From a virus (taxonomy: Duplodnaviria > Caudoviricetes): 64,000 nucleotides of DNA. The notes beneath the pieces were generated by a model. It was not told the DNA's origin. It ran no database searches and worked only from the letters and a program-made list of their open reading frames with translations. Position numbers and translations under genes: made by a program. Location of the stretch: IMG/VR virus record IMGVR_UViG_2558309062_000001, positions 32,573 to 96,572 of that record; one strand, given 5' to 3'. This document shows, piece by piece, positions 9,080-17,514 of this stretch; the stretch's first letter is position 1; each line of letters starts with the position of its first letter.

Positions 9080-10258
9080 TTACGCCTGCCTCCTCTTCAG
9101 AATTGTCAGCACCGGCCCACGCGAGTCCGTCGCTGAAACTTTGTTTGCCGCCTCTATCAACTGTCCCAGCTCCGCGCCAGAATAGTGGCTGGTCACGCTG
9201 CCATTCTTGTGGCCAAGTAGCGACTTCCGATCTTCCTCTGTTACACCAGCTGCTTTCAGGCGCCTGCCGAAAGTATGTTTGAGATCATGTACGCGAATGG
9301 AAGTGAACCCGGGGTGTGCCGGTCGCAAGTGTTGCTCCTGCCAGAGCTTTGCCGCGCGCACCCTCGCTTTCTTCCAGGCCGAGTCGTTCATCCTGTGCAT
9401 CCCTGTGCCGTTGTAGGGGAAGACCCATTCCCGGCTGATCCCACGTTGCCCGTCGATGATCGACTTTGCCACAGTGTTCAGGACCACCAGGCGCTCGTCC
9501 CGGTTTTTCACGCCCGAGTTCTCATGCCGGCCGCCGAAGTCGGCAGGGATCAGAAACACGCTGGTGCCCAGCTCGGGTACCGGGATCTCCCAATCCCACC
9601 TCAGTTTGCAGACCTCCTGCTCTCGGCAGCCTGTGTTCACCTTGAATAGGGCCATTCGTTGCAGGTGGTCCGGCAACTCCCCGAAGAGAATCGACTGCTC
9701 ATCCCAAGACATCGGGTAGGGCTTTCGACTGGATCTCTTCTCCTCCAGCTTGGCCAGCAGCGGAATGCTGTCGAGCCATGGCCTGCGCTCTTCATCCCGC
9801 CACTTTCGGCATGCCAGCGACAGAACGCGAATCACCCGCTCGATCGCGATGTTCACCGTCCGGTTGCTGACCGCCTTCCTCACTTTCCCATTCGGCAAAT
9901 CTTCGTCCGTCTGCCGGTCCCGAATGAACGGGGCCAGTGCCTGGTCGTCAATGTGCGTCAGCGGCAGGTCGCCCAGGTATGGATCGAGTTGCTGGAGACA
10001 CAGGGCTGTCAGCTTGATTGACGGCTGATCCTTGTGCTCGAGCAGGTACCTGGTAGCCGCTTCCCGAAATGTTCGCACTTGCCGAACGCCATATACCTTG
10101 CGCTGGCGAATCTGCTCCAGGCGGTGGATCAGGTACTTTTCCGCTTCCGCCCGGTCACAAGTTCCAGTGCTTTCGTAAAGTCTCTCGCCGTTGATCCTCT
10201 TGTCGATGTGCCAGATGCCGTTCCTTTGGGAAAGGCCTGTGATTGTCTTTCGCGCCAT
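9080..10258 (-). CDS. int: Tyrosine integrase
   Basis: Catalytic motifs TGCREQE, HDLKHTFGRR, LLGH..VTSHY; adjacent to att. Confidence 0.95.
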   Translation of the reverse strand: MARKTITGLSQRNGIWHIDKRINGERLYESTGTCDRAEAEKYLIHRLEQIRQRKVYGVRQVRTFREAATRYLLEHKDQPSIKLTALCLQQLDPYLGDLPLTHIDDQALAPFIRDRQTDEDLPNGKVRKAVSNRTVNIAIERVIRVLSLACRKWRDEERRPWLDSIPLLAKLEEKRSSRKPYPMSWDEQSILFGELPDHLQRMALFKVNTGCREQEVCKLRWDWEIPVPELGTSVFLIPADFGGRHENSGVKNRDERLVVLNTVAKSIIDGQRGISREWVFPYNGTGMHRMNDSAWKKARVRAAKLWQEQHLRPAHPGFTSIRVHDLKHTFGRRLKAAGVTEEDRKSLLGHKNGSVTSHYSGAELGQLIEAANKVSATDSRGPVLTILKRRQA

Positions 10259-10533
10259 CCCTTATCTCCTGATGGGCGCTCGCTGCCGGGTGATTGTCGT
10301 CCCTGAGCGCCTTCTTTCGCAATTGCCATGGCCTGGATGTAGTCGTTCACCCAGGCGTCCAGCTCTTCCCGGTCGAAACCGATGCCGCGCTCCCCAATGG
10401 GGAATTCGCTCACATGCGGCCTGACGGTCTTGTTGAATTCAGATCGGCACATGCCGAGGTAGTGGGGTGCATCGCCAGCGCGGATGATGCGCGGCTGAAT
10501 GCGAGCGGCCGGTGCCGCGCTGGCGTTTGCCAT
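10129..10533 (-). CDS. Excisionase-like HTH protein overlapping int
   Basis: PRIIRAGDAPHYLGM..FDREELDAW; AGGAG RBS. Confidence 0.7.
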   Translation of the reverse strand: MANASAAPAARIQPRIIRAGDAPHYLGMCRSEFNKTVRPHVSEFPIGERGIGFDREELDAWVNDYIQAMAIAKEGAQGRQSPGSERPSGDKGWRERQSQAFPKGTASGTSTRGSTARDFTKALELVTGRKRKST

Positions 10534-10552
10534 GTGTGTCTCCTGCGGCCGA

Positions 10553-10729
10553 TCAGGCCAAGAAGTGATGCCCGACCTTCGCCGCCCTGGCGGCTTGCTC
10601 GGTGCGGAACATGAGCTGGGTTTTGCTGATGCGGCCATAGGCCTCGTATTCGGCGTCGACCCACCAAGCGCCGAACTTGCGGTACGGCTCGCCGAGGATC
10701 TTCGTGACGTAGCAGTCGATCAGGTTCAT
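10553..10729 (-). CDS. Hypothetical protein (58 aa, missed by the ORF track)
   Basis: MNLIDCYVTKILGEPYRKFGAWWV...HHFLA; AGGAG RBS. Confidence 0.7.
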   Translation of the reverse strand: MNLIDCYVTKILGEPYRKFGAWWVDAEYEAYGRISKTQLMFRTEQAARAAKVGHHFLA

Positions 10730-10743
10730 GGATGGCTCCTGGC

Positions 10744-11481
10744 TCAGTCCCAGCTGAGCTTCGAGGGTGTTGGCGGGATCGTTTCGAGGGTGGCCAAGTC
10801 GAGCAGGGTGAAGTACCCGCCGTCCTGCGGCCTCCAGCCCATGGTGTCGATGTGGATGACGTTGCCGAGCGCCGCCGGCTTGTGCAGCGGGGTATGGCCG
10901 ACCACCAGAGCCCGCAAGCCCTGAACGCTATCGGTCTCTCCCAGCTCGATTCGGCTGCGCGACCACATGCAGGTGTTCTGCGTCAGCCTCAGCTGCTTGG
11001 CAGTCTCCGGCGCTTCAAGTGCGGACCTCAGCTGATCCCAGGACGGGAATGGGCAGTCAGCGTGCACGATCCCGACCAGGCCGCTGGGTGTCTCCACCTC
11101 GATGGCGATTGGCAGCTCGCGGAACTGGGCGGCGAACTCGCGCTGCTCATCCCAGGCCAGGCCTGCGAACCAGGCGCCGCCGTTGTACACCCAGTTCTCT
11201 ACGTCGCAGGTATCGAACCGGCAGACGTAGTCGTCGTGGTTGCCGCGCACCGGGTGGAACCATGGCTTGGCCAGCCAGTTGAGCACGTCGCGGCACTCGG
11301 GCCCGCGGTCGACCAGATCGCCAACGCTGAACAGGCGGTCAACTGCCGGATCGAAGCCGGCGGCGTCAAGGGCGGCCTGCAGCCTGGTTAAGTGCCCATG
11401 AATATCGCCTACCGCGAAATCGCGGCCAGCCGTGTTTGTGGCGAAGCGCTTGATGCGCACCACCTCGATGGTTTCGAGCAT
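10744..11481 (-). CDS. Ser/Thr protein phosphatase (lambda NinI / PphA-like metallophosphoesterase)
   Basis: GDIHG, GDLVDRG, RGNH, VGHT motifs. Confidence 0.92.
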   Translation of the reverse strand: MLETIEVVRIKRFATNTAGRDFAVGDIHGHLTRLQAALDAAGFDPAVDRLFSVGDLVDRGPECRDVLNWLAKPWFHPVRGNHDDYVCRFDTCDVENWVYNGGAWFAGLAWDEQREFAAQFRELPIAIEVETPSGLVGIVHADCPFPSWDQLRSALEAPETAKQLRLTQNTCMWSRSRIELGETDSVQGLRALVVGHTPLHKPAALGNVIHIDTMGWRPQDGGYFTLLDLATLETIPPTPSKLSWD

Positions 11482-11505
11482 GTCAGCTCCTACGGGGAAT
11501 TGATG

Positions 11506-11823
11506 TCAGGCCGTGGCCGTGGCGATGGTCTTCTCGAAACGAGCTGCCAGTTCGGCATTTACCTCGGCTTTAGCGAGGCTGTCGGCGGTGCCTTTGGCGC
11601 GGTGCAGGGTCTCGTATGCTCGCAGCTGTGCTGCAGCGTCGATCAGGTCATCCAGCAGCAGAGGGGAGGCCGCGATCAACTTTGCGTTTGCCATCTGATG
11701 CATTCCCCCATCTACCTGGCAGATGAAGTACTCGCCGTCACCAACGACGATGCTGAGTTTTCCGGGATCCGCTTCAAGGCCTTTTTCGTCAATTACCCAA
11801 GGGCCTGGTTTGTGTTTCTTCAT
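11506..11823 (-). CDS. Hypothetical phage protein
   Basis: HKPGPW...ANAKLIAASP family motif. Confidence 0.7.
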   Translation of the reverse strand: MKKHKPGPWVIDEKGLEADPGKLSIVVGDGEYFICQVDGGMHQMANAKLIAASPLLLDDLIDAAAQLRAYETLHRAKGTADSLAKAEVNAELAARFEKTIATATA

Positions 11824-11879
11824 GGCAATAGCTCTCCATGCCCGCGCATGTCGGCGGGCTTGAGTAGTAGGGGGAGGGG

Positions 11880-12287
11880 TTAGGCTTTCGGCGCGGCTGA
11901 CTCTTGCCACTCGACTATGTCGGCGCCGAAGTCTTTGCTGGTGAAGGTGATGTTCCCGAAGCGCCAGTGGTAGGCAAATGGGCCGGTGCGCTCGCAGTTG
12001 GCCAGGACGCTGCCGCAGGATAGGCGAATGTCGATGCGCTCGAGCCCTGGGTCCTCATCTGGATCAGGCGTGCACCAATTTCCTGCGAGTTTGCGGACCT
12101 TGTAGACCACGGCGTCGATCTCGAATCCACCCCGTGACTGGCCGACAAGCGATGCAACGCGCCACATGCCGGTTTGCCACCGGTCTTTCCTGGCCAGGGC
12201 GCCGTCTTCGCGGAACTCGTAATCCTCAACCTTTGCGTCGCGGAATTCAGGCTTCCTGAAGTCCAGCTCTGTCACTTCGCGACTCAT
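11880..12287 (-). CDS. Hypothetical phage protein
   Basis: MSREVTELDFRKPEF; ATGA coupling. Confidence 0.65.
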   Translation of the reverse strand: MSREVTELDFRKPEFRDAKVEDYEFREDGALARKDRWQTGMWRVASLVGQSRGGFEIDAVVYKVRKLAGNWCTPDPDEDPGLERIDIRLSCGSVLANCERTGPFAYHWRFGNITFTSKDFGADIVEWQESAAPKA

Positions 12288-12337
12288 CGCGGCCCCCTGT
12301 AGATCAGGTAGGCCATGTACATCAGGGGCAGGATCAT
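12284..12337 (-). CDS. Putative 17-aa micropeptide MILPLMYMAYLIYRGPR
   Basis: ATGA overlaps with both neighbours. Confidence 0.5.
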   Translation of the reverse strand: MILPLMYMAYLIYRGPR

Positions 12338-12687
12338 AGAAGGTGTCCTCCGGATTCGAGCAGGGCGTCACGGTCCTGCCGCAGCTGATCGCGCTCCCTG
12401 ATCAAGGCCTTGATCGCGGTTGAGATGTTGCGGTGCCCCAGCTCGATTGTGATGGCCTGGGCCTCGTCGAACAGCTTGACCTTCTGGTCTCGCTCCTCGG
12501 CTGCCCACCTGGCCATTTGCTTTTCCCGGATCTTGAGGCAGCGTTTGCAGGTGACGTGGCGCCAGTCGCTTGCCAGCTGCTCGTCTTCCATTTCGCCATC
12601 GGTACCGCACAGCACGTCTTCTGGCGGATCTTGATCGGCCTCAGTACCGCCATCCCACCCGTACATGTGAACGGCTCGCTTGCTCAT
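12334..12687 (-). CDS. Hypothetical protein with Zn-finger-like H..C..CxxC motif
   Basis: VHMY..VLCGT..VTCKRC; coupled. Confidence 0.65.
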   Translation of the reverse strand: MSKRAVHMYGWDGGTEADQDPPEDVLCGTDGEMEDEQLASDWRHVTCKRCLKIREKQMARWAAEERDQKVKLFDEAQAITIELGHRNISTAIKALIRERDQLRQDRDALLESGGHLL

Positions 12688-13163
12688 GGCATCAGCTCCT
12701 TCGGCACCTGGACGATATCGCCGAGCTCGAACTGGGCGATCGCCCGCATTGCTACGGTCAGAGGGTTGTTGGGGTGGTGGAACGCAGTGCGGCGGTGCTT
12801 TCGCTCTTTACCGAAGATCGTGCTGCTCCAGACACCCGACTCGTAGTAACCGTTTCGCTTGTCCATGTAGCCGAAGTTGCGGTGCACGGCGCTGGTCGGC
12901 GGCGACAGCGAAACCTTGTGCTTCTCGATCAGCTGCCCGCCCAGCGCCCAGTCCTCCCAGGGGTTGAACCGCTTGATGTGCTCGATGGCTTCGCCCCGGT
13001 ACCGGACGAATACCCGCCATGGCACGCCGTTGTAGCCGGGCGGCTCAAGGTACACATCAAGTCCCTCCGCCTTGCCGACTGCCCACCCCAGCGCCTCGCC
13101 GGAGAGGTCTGCCATATTCACTTCTTCTAACTGGTGATGGAAAACGCTCGCTAATTTGCTCAA
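12684..13163 (-). CDS. NinX / DUF2591-like protein
   Basis: LSGEALGWAV, PWEDWALGGQLIEK, PLTVAMRAI. Confidence 0.75.
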   Translation of the reverse strand: MSKLASVFHHQLEEVNMADLSGEALGWAVGKAEGLDVYLEPPGYNGVPWRVFVRYRGEAIEHIKRFNPWEDWALGGQLIEKHKVSLSPPTSAVHRNFGYMDKRNGYYESGVWSSTIFGKERKHRRTAFHHPNNPLTVAMRAIAQFELGDIVQVPKELMP

Positions 13164-13432
13164 AGGTGATACCTCTCATCAATCCAGCGCCCAGGCGCCA
13201 GTGCGGGTGTAGGTTCGGGTTGGCTTTCGTGCGGGGAGAGCTGGCGCTGGTTGCCGGCCTGTTGCCTGGTCTTGCGCTTGAGCTGGCTGTCAGGAATGCA
13301 GCTCAGCCCCGTGGCGGTGTACCAGCAGGTGACGCCGCGCTCGTCGTCGTGGAAGGTTTCGACGCCCCATGGGAGCGATTCAGCGCTGGCACTGGTGGCC
13401 AGCAGCAGGAGGCAGAGGGCGAGGCGGGTCAT
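13160..13432 (-). CDS. Small exported protein
   Basis: Signal peptide MTRLALCLLLLATSASA; HDDERGVTCW. Confidence 0.65.
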   Translation of the reverse strand: MTRLALCLLLLATSASAESLPWGVETFHDDERGVTCWYTATGLSCIPDSQLKRKTRQQAGNQRQLSPHESQPEPTPALAPGRWIDERYHL

Positions 13433-13434
13433 AG

Positions 13435-13851
13435 TCAGCAGTCCCAGGTCAGTTCTTTGATGTAGTCGCCGCCCGAGCACAGATGCTCGTCGTTGATCGT
13501 GTCTACGTCCTTGAGATCCTCCAGAGCAGCCTTGGCATGCTCGATCGCTAACTGGGCATGGCCCATCTGGCGACGCTTTCGCACCTTGTAGCTGTGGAGC
13601 GCATGAGATTTTTCGGGGTAAGCGAACCGGCGACCGGACACCTTCAGCACGCGCTTCGCATACTTCGGCATGGTTCCGCGCTTCAAGTGTTCAAGGGCAA
13701 CATGCTCACAGGACGGCGGTACGATCCAGTAACAGTGTTCGCTTTCGCGGATCACGACGAAGCGTTTGCAAACGATGGTCACCCCTTCAGGGCTTATCTC
13801 GTCGATGTATCGGAAGTGGTCCGGCCAAGCCGGTTGCTTTTCTGCAGGCAT
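13435..13851 (-). CDS. Hypothetical phage protein
   Basis: AAGGA RBS; packed in the operon. Confidence 0.65.
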   Translation of the reverse strand: MPAEKQPAWPDHFRYIDEISPEGVTIVCKRFVVIRESEHCYWIVPPSCEHVALEHLKRGTMPKYAKRVLKVSGRRFAYPEKSHALHSYKVRKRRQMGHAQLAIEHAKAALEDLKDVDTINDEHLCSGGDYIKELTWDC

Positions 13852-13901
13852 GACTTCGTCCTTGGCCGCCATATCGCGGCAGTGAATAGAGGGGAGAGGG
13901 T

Positions 13902-14054
13902 TTAGAAATCGAGAGAGTATTCAGCCAAGTAGGCTTCTTGCGGGGTCTGTCCGCGCGCCCAGTTGTATTCCTTCCACAGCTCTGGCATGCCGGGCGTATG
14001 GCCATGCTTTGCGGCCAAAGCCACCAATTCTTCCCACCACTGTTCCCAGCTCAT
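13902..14054 (-). CDS. Hypothetical protein (50 aa, missed by the ORF track)
   Basis: MSWEQWWEELVALAAKHG...GQTPQEA; ATGA coupling. Confidence 0.6.
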   Translation of the reverse strand: MSWEQWWEELVALAAKHGHTPGMPELWKEYNWARGQTPQEAYLAEYSLDF

Positions 14055-14584
14055 GGCTGGCGCTCCAGGGCGGCACGGGCAACGGTGCCATCTTCGATGA
14101 AGTCAGGTTCGTCGCCGCACCAAAGGATGTTGAGCGGTTCGCCGCTCACGGTGTCCCAATTTCCGCTTTCGAAGTGGTAATGCTCGCGGTCTGCGTAGAA
14201 CTTCAGCGCAGCGCGCAGCCGTTCAACCTCAGCGCTATAGGTCATCGGGCCCAGTCCAACAATCGGAAGCCCAGTAGCCGCCGCATCTCTCTCTGCCTCT
14301 TCTTTGGTCCACCAGATGGCAGTACCAACCATCCAGGCTATTGGCTCGGGGTGGGGCTGCGGGGCTGGCGCCTGTCCAGCGATCTGCGCGACTCCAATCC
14401 GCAAGTGCTGGCGAGCTTGGGCATGGGCCATTTCGTGGGACGTGGCTTCACGAACTGAGTATGGCAGGCCTCCATCAACTTTCCTGAACACCCAGCCGTA
14501 ATGGCTGAGGTTCTTGTCCATCTGGATCAGGTGCAGGCCGTCGTCGCAGGCTATCCAGCCGTGGGCGTCGTTGTTCTGTGGCAT
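14051..14584 (-). CDS. Modular hypothetical phage protein
   Basis: AGGAG RBS; PEPIAW and EVERLRAAL..ARAALE segments. Confidence 0.65.
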   Translation of the reverse strand: MPQNNDAHGWIACDDGLHLIQMDKNLSHYGWVFRKVDGGLPYSVREATSHEMAHAQARQHLRIGVAQIAGQAPAPQPHPEPIAWMVGTAIWWTKEEAERDAAATGLPIVGLGPMTYSAEVERLRAALKFYADREHYHFESGNWDTVSGEPLNILWCGDEPDFIEDGTVARAALERQP

Positions 14585-14596
14585 GGGTAACTCCTG

Positions 14597-14830
14597 TTAA
14601 CGTGCGCCAGGCGAAGGCAGTGAACGCTCTGATTCAATGAACCCGGTGGACGAAGCATCGGCCCCAGTAGCGACGATGAAGGCAACCTCCACCTTGGCCG
14701 AGTCGACCAGCACCTTCCCGACGTCAGCAATCGCCTTGGCACGGTCGATGTCCATGGGGTTATCCCGATCCTGAAGCGCTTCCAGGGTGGCAAAGAGGTG
14801 ATTACGGAGGTCAGTCATCTTGTTTTTCAC
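14597..14830 (-). CDS. Hypothetical protein downstream of HNH gene
   Basis: KNKMTDLRNHLFATLE..RAKAI; GTG start overlapping the HNH gene. Confidence 0.7.
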   Translation of the reverse strand: MKNKMTDLRNHLFATLEALQDRDNPMDIDRAKAIADVGKVLVDSAKVEVAFIVATGADASSTGFIESERSLPSPGAR

Positions 14831-15521
14831 TGGTAGCCTCGCTGATAGCTCGCTTGAGCTTGCTGAGTTGGCGGATGGTCGACTTGAGCTCAGGCGGATA
14901 CCGGTGGATGGTATTGCGGCGCATGTTCTCGGCGCGGCTGACCAGTTCCAAGTTATCGAGCTCAATGTTTTTTGGGTTGCGATCCTTGAACACCACCAGG
15001 TGGCCTGGCGGGATCTCGCCATGGGCTTCTTCCCACAGCAGGGAATGCACCGACTTCCAGCGGCGATACGATGGGCCGTCATCGCATACTTTCCGCTGCC
15101 GTATGCCGTCCTCGGTGACCCGCTCCGTTCCTACTGGCTGCCAAGTGTGAGGCTTGTTGCCCTTTCGGAACTGGGTGGCCTCGCCTCCAATCTGCAGACC
15201 CTTCAGGCCCTTGTTCCACGGTTCCTGGCCGGGCCTGAACCGATATTCGATTCCAGGGTTGTCATCCCGTCGCAGGCGGCATGCATGCTCGCTGGCGAGA
15301 TACTCGGCGCTTCGAGCAAGCCCCAAGGCATGAGCCTTGTTGTATATGGCGTGGTCGGGGCGATTGAATGTGCGGACCAGGTCCGGCATTGGGGTGTCGG
15401 GGTACAGCGCCCGGAGCCTGGCCACCTCCGCGTCTGTCCAAAATCTACGCGACGGCTCGGGCGAGTCCTTCACAAGCCGTCGCCTTGCGTCTTGCAAGGC
15501 CTGCAGGGCGATTGGGTTCAT
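14811..15521 (-). CDS. HNH endonuclease-domain protein
   Basis: WTDAE repeat, PWNKG, HSLLWE..G..VVFKD.N..N..LDNLELVS. Confidence 0.82.
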   Translation of the reverse strand: MNPIALQALQDARRRLVKDSPEPSRRFWTDAEVARLRALYPDTPMPDLVRTFNRPDHAIYNKAHALGLARSAEYLASEHACRLRRDDNPGIEYRFRPGQEPWNKGLKGLQIGGEATQFRKGNKPHTWQPVGTERVTEDGIRQRKVCDDGPSYRRWKSVHSLLWEEAHGEIPPGHLVVFKDRNPKNIELDNLELVSRAENMRRNTIHRYPPELKSTIRQLSKLKRAISEATSEKQDD

Positions 15522-15589
15522 GGTTGATCCTCGCCGGGGAGGCGTTCATCGTTTGAGAGGGGAAGGCGCTGGCGGGCAGCGCCGGAGGG

Positions 15590-16015
15590 TCAGGCGGCGA
15601 CAGCGTTCTCGAACTTGATCAGAAGGCTCCGGCTGTCGTTGGTGCAGCCATCTTCTTTGACCCGGTAGGTGGCTGGCTCGTAATCGTAGATTCCAGTGAT
15701 TACGCCCTGCGTGATGCGAGTTCCAATAGGCAGCGGAGGTTGTGGGTTATGCGCCTCAGCCCATGCTTTCACGGCCTTGCGCTCCGCCTGATCAACCAGG
15801 GCATCGACCTCATCCAGCGCTTCCATGTCATCCCTGGTGGTGTCCCAGTAGGCGTATTTGTCGAGCTCCTTCGCCAGTTCGAAGCCATCCATGTGGCGTC
15901 GGTAGTGCTGGGCGATCGTCTCGGCATCGGCGCCGTTCAGCTTCTCAGCTACCACCTTGCAGGCTTCCAGGATCATTGCCTTGTCGGCTGTAGGGCGTGG
16001 CGGGATGTTCTGCAT
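15590..16015 (-). CDS. Hypothetical phage protein
   Basis: AGGAG RBS. Confidence 0.65.
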   Translation of the reverse strand: MQNIPPRPTADKAMILEACKVVAEKLNGADAETIAQHYRRHMDGFELAKELDKYAYWDTTRDDMEALDEVDALVDQAERKAVKAWAEAHNPQPPLPIGTRITQGVITGIYDYEPATYRVKEDGCTNDSRSLLIKFENAVAA

Positions 16016-16170
16016 ACGGAATCTCCTGGGAATGCACCGCCCTCCGTGCAGATGGCGGAATGGTGGCAATTTGGTTTGGGATGGGGTATTACGAAGGACG
16101 ATCGATTTCGTCGTCAGCGTCTTGGTCTGGATCGGAAATGATCTTGCGAACGCTGGCGTCGTTGAATGCT

Positions 16171-16207
16171 TGCACCACGTTTTAGCTAAGTAGGATTTCG
16201 TGGCGCA
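16171..16207. repeat. 37-bp inverted-repeat site, copy 1
   Basis: TGCACCACG-N19-CGTGGCGCA. Confidence 0.6.
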
Positions 16208-16427
16208 TCATTAGGAATTTGTTCAGTTCATCGTCGGCCATGGCGTCCATCTTGAGGATCGCCATCTGCAGAACCTCATTGATCTGCATGCCCTTGGATC
16301 GCTCGCAGATACGCTCCATCGCCTGATGAATTCCAGGCCGTACCCGATGCCTCAGCGCCTTCTCGTCGAACTTGATGCGCTTTCTCTCAGCGTTGTCATT
16401 ACGCTGCTGCTGCGTCAGAGCCATCAT
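16182..16427 (-). CDS. Small RHH-like hypothetical protein
   Basis: MALTQQQR..LRHRVRPG..EVLQMAI. Confidence 0.65.
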   Translation of the reverse strand: MMALTQQQRNDNAERKRIKFDEKALRHRVRPGIHQAMERICERSKGMQINEVLQMAILKMDAMADDELNKFLMMRHEILLS

Positions 16428-16791
16428 CGCCTCCATTGCGCACAAAGCGGGTGCCCGGGCTGATATCCAGCAGGTCGCACACCCGGTTGATGATCTTCAG
16501 CGCGGCGTCGAACACCTTGGCGTCGTCAGGCTCGCGGGCCAGGCGCTTCATGTTCGGCTGATGCTCCAGGCAGACCTTGTCGACCAAGCGGCGGGCCAAC
16601 CTGCGCAGGTGATCCGCGCTGTCGTGCATGCGCAGGCTCAGCGCGAATGCCAGGACCACATCATCAGGCCGGTACTGGCCGCCGCTGCGGGTGATGTACA
16701 GCTTTCGGGCCGGCTTGCGAATCGATGCGTCGAAAAGGGATGCCATGCTCGACCTCCTGCAGGCCACTTGGTGGAAGGTGGAAATGCTCAC
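16399..16791 (-). CDS. Hypothetical phage protein
   Basis: GTGA coupling; packed in the operon. Confidence 0.65.
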   Translation of the reverse strand: MSISTFHQVACRRSSMASLFDASIRKPARKLYITRSGGQYRPDDVVLAFALSLRMHDSADHLRRLARRLVDKVCLEHQPNMKRLAREPDDAKVFDAALKIINRVCDLLDISPGTRFVRNGGDDGSDAAAA

Positions 16792-17351
16792 GCCGCCTTG
16801 TTCTTTGCAGCGCGTTTCGGATTTTTCTGTTCAATCTCAAGATCCATGTTTGAAGCAATGCGTTGCCATCGAAAGCCATGGTGAGTCCTCTTCTTGCCAA
16901 GGCATACCGCCGAGACGGCGCCCTGGCAAAAGCCCATGTTTTTTGTGGCTGACATTGAAGGGAAGTAGTACCCAACCGCCCCGCTGACCGGTATCGCAAC
17001 CACTGCGATTACCTGGGACTTAAGGCCTGAATACAGCGCGTGCCGATTGTTCTCGCTGTAGCTAGTCCATTCGAGGTTTTCGGTTCGGTTGTTGAGTTTG
17101 TCGCCATCCTTGTGGTTTACGGTTGGAAAACCATCGGGGTTTTCAAGAAAGGCCTCAGCAACCAGTCGGTGGATCTTCGTAGACTTTTGCGATCCGTTTT
17201 TCAGAAGGTTAACGGAATGGTATCCAGCACTATCGCCGGGCTTCAGGATGATTGGGTCTCGCCCTTTGAGGCTGCACACCCGCCCATGACTTGAGACCCA
17301 GTATTCGCCGTCGTAGCCATCAATTACTCGCCATCTTTCTGGGCTTTTCAT
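16788..17351 (-). CDS. NUMOD4-HNH homing endonuclease
   Basis: ERWRVIDGYDGEYWVSSHGRV, IHRLVAEAF, VNHKDGDKLNN..ENLEW; lower GC. Confidence 0.9.
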   Translation of the reverse strand: MKSPERWRVIDGYDGEYWVSSHGRVCSLKGRDPIILKPGDSAGYHSVNLLKNGSQKSTKIHRLVAEAFLENPDGFPTVNHKDGDKLNNRTENLEWTSYSENNRHALYSGLKSQVIAVVAIPVSGAVGYYFPSMSATKNMGFCQGAVSAVCLGKKRTHHGFRWQRIASNMDLEIEQKNPKRAAKNKAA

Positions 17352-17511
17352 GTCTTGACCCCAACTCAATATCCGCGTCGTTAAATCCTGCAAGCCACCA
17401 GGCTCCATGGACGCTTGAAGGTGAAAATGGGTTGGCCATCTTGCCGCCACCGTTTCGGCGGCATTCTCGGCCAAGGTAGTAGACGCTGGGGTGCTTGCCG
17501 TGCTCGTTCAT
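17320..17511 (-). CDS. Rmf/CrpP-fold-like small protein
   Basis: YYLGRECRRNG....ANPF.......WWLAGFND. Confidence 0.55.
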   Translation of the reverse strand: MNEHGKHPSVYYLGRECRRNGGGKMANPFSPSSVHGAWWLAGFNDADIELGSRHEKPRKMASN

Positions 17512-17514
17512 GGC

